Assembly: GCA_030704615.1 (NCBI GenBank) | Contig: CM060731.1 | Span: 70,742,001-70,806,000, forward strand | Length of the DNA stretch: 64,000 nt | Reading direction: 5' to 3' | From: Takakia lepidozioides | Lineage: Eukaryota; Plantae; Bryophyta | Shown here: in pieces, positions 62,572 through 64,000 of the stretch | Layout: every line of letters starts with the position of its first letter | Position numbering within the stretch: the first letter of the stretch is position 1 | Translations under genes and position numbers: made by a program | Notes under the pieces: model-generated | Databases searched by the model: none | What the model was told of the DNA's origin: nothing | Seen by the model: the letters and a program-made list of their open reading frames with translations, nothing else

Positions 62572-63295
62572 TGTCGCACACCTCGATTCGGTAAACTCCC
62601 CTTCAAGTCATAGTTACTCGCTTTGATGCGCGCGCCTGACTCCCAATCTGGCCGCCGGGCCAACTTGGAGTTTCGGCTGCTCACCGGGACATAACGGTCC
62701 CCTTCCGCTTCCCTCTAAACCCTCCACCTATTTGGGACTAGGAGAATTCCCTTTGGTAGATGGCAGTCCGGAACAGCTCCCCACTCTTTGGTCGCTTTCC
62801 GGCTCGCTCGCTTACTCACTAGTTTTTGGTCACCAACGGGCTTGCACCGTTCTCGGGGTTACTACTCCCTATATATACTTCTGTAGCTGTCCGCGGGGGT
62901 TTCATAACCAGCCATGCCATTTTATGGCGAACCACCACGAAAACCCTCGACTCCCGGTGGTGAGTCGCGGTGAGTCTTGGCCCACTCACCGCGGCCCCAA
63001 TGGACCGTGATGAGTCCCAAGACTCCCCACGACTCCCACCTCGAGGTCTCCACCCCATGGTGAGTCCTATGCCACCCCCACTAAGTCCCACTAAGCTACC
63101 ACCACCCCTTGTGGAGCCACCTCCACCGCAACCCGGTGTGCGGGGCTCCACCTAGTGAGCGCCTCCGCCTCCTTGAGTGCCTTGGGCACTCAAGGGTGCT
63201 TCAGCCCCCCATACCTATCGCCGCCGCTGCCCCCACCACAGGGGCAGCCCCTCATGTGTCCCGACCCCCTGCCCTCAAGGCAAAGGGCCGCGACA
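62572..63295 (-). repeat. 5' LTR of the chromovirus
   Basis: Copy of 56325-57048, adjacent to the PBS. Confidence 0.97.
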
Positions 63296-64000
63296 TATTT
63301 GCTTGGAATGAGGAAACATCCCACTGTTTCAAGCTATCTTAAGAAAAAAAGGATAGGGTTGAGTTTTTTTCCAAATGTTTCAAACGATCCCAAGTTTAGC
63401 CCACTCTGGGATTTTATTGAGGACAACGGTTTTAAGAGTCTCAGATATGATGCTTCAAAATAAATTATTTCTGATCAATCCCATCTCACTCGAGCTATTG
63501 AATATCTTCATGGATTCTGTTTTTCATTTCCTTGGAATCACACATGTGAAAGATATGGTACTTACATTTTGACTCATTTTCACATGAATTCTTGACGCAC
63601 ATTCCGGGCAATCCCAAGACTCTGATATAAACCTTCATACGGGGACATGATTATATCTAGTGACCTCCACTGTTCAGTGGAGTTCACATTCGTGCACTCC
63701 CGGATTTATGATTATGTCTCTTTGGCAGGTTTAAGGAGATGCTGACGACGTCATCGGTTCCTCAAGTCCCGTAAAGGAACCCTCCGGATCAGCAGTGAGT
63801 CGGAGTATTGAAGGCTTTCCGAGGGTTCACGATGGTGCTCAAATTGAGGGTGGATCCTCTGTCAGACCCTTGTCCTCCCGGGAAGCTGGCGACACTCTTC
63901 TCCTCTCGGGTCTTCTTGGGTGTAAAGTCCAAGGTGCAGGTGAAGAACACAAATATCCCGGAGACTTTATCGACCTTTCCCAACATTCCTCACCTTCCCT

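Larger units (their letters stand above)
56325..63295 (-). mobile_element. Full-length young Ty3/gypsy chromovirus (Galadriel-like)
   Basis: 724-bp LTRs 56325-57048 and 62572-63295 (TG...CA, identical by eye); 5-bp TSD TATTT (56320-56324 and 63296-63300); tRNA-iMet PBS; single gag-pol with chromodomain. Confidence 0.97.

Noticed and set aside
62517-62684. N-terminal 56 aa of the 1270-aa ORF
   Set aside because: It starts at a non-ATG codon inside the LTR and crosses the PBS; the likely start is the ATG at 62516.
63301-64000. Possible coding remnant interrupted by the chromovirus
   Set aside because: Only short open frames with no recognisable motif, and it is truncated by the window edge.

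Overview
Eukaryotic land-plant DNA, probably from a non-seed plant (inferred from PLS-type PPR fragments and the transposon lineages present). The first 3.7 kb is genic: the 3' end of a GT47/exostosin gene and the first three exons of DET1, cut by a 500-N gap. The rest is a nested transposon landscape. The standout is a 9.7-kb Ty3/gypsy-type retroelement (6472-16173) inserted, with a 4-bp target duplication, into the integrase of an older Athila-like element. It has four unusual traits. (i) A DNMT3-like C5 cytosine methyltransferase sits between protease and RT. (ii) The integrase ends in a PHD finger. (iii) The primer-binding site is complementary to its own LTR rather than to a tRNA. (iv) Its termini are split/permuted (A1-internal-B1-gc-A2-B2), as if a 2-LTR circle had been opened at an internal palindrome (GACAGCTGTC) and integrated by a DDE integrase. 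Other content: a RAG1/Transib-like transposase relic, a Copia relic, host-gene fragments (AWPM-19, kinesin-4, SMG8), a Pack-CACTA carrying PPR fragments, convergent RING-H2 and kinase pseudogenes with repeat and hairpin arrays, a MULE with a Ulp1-like gene, and a very young Galadriel-like chromovirus with apparently identical 724-bp LTRs. All family assignments come from motif recognition by eye; no database searches were run.
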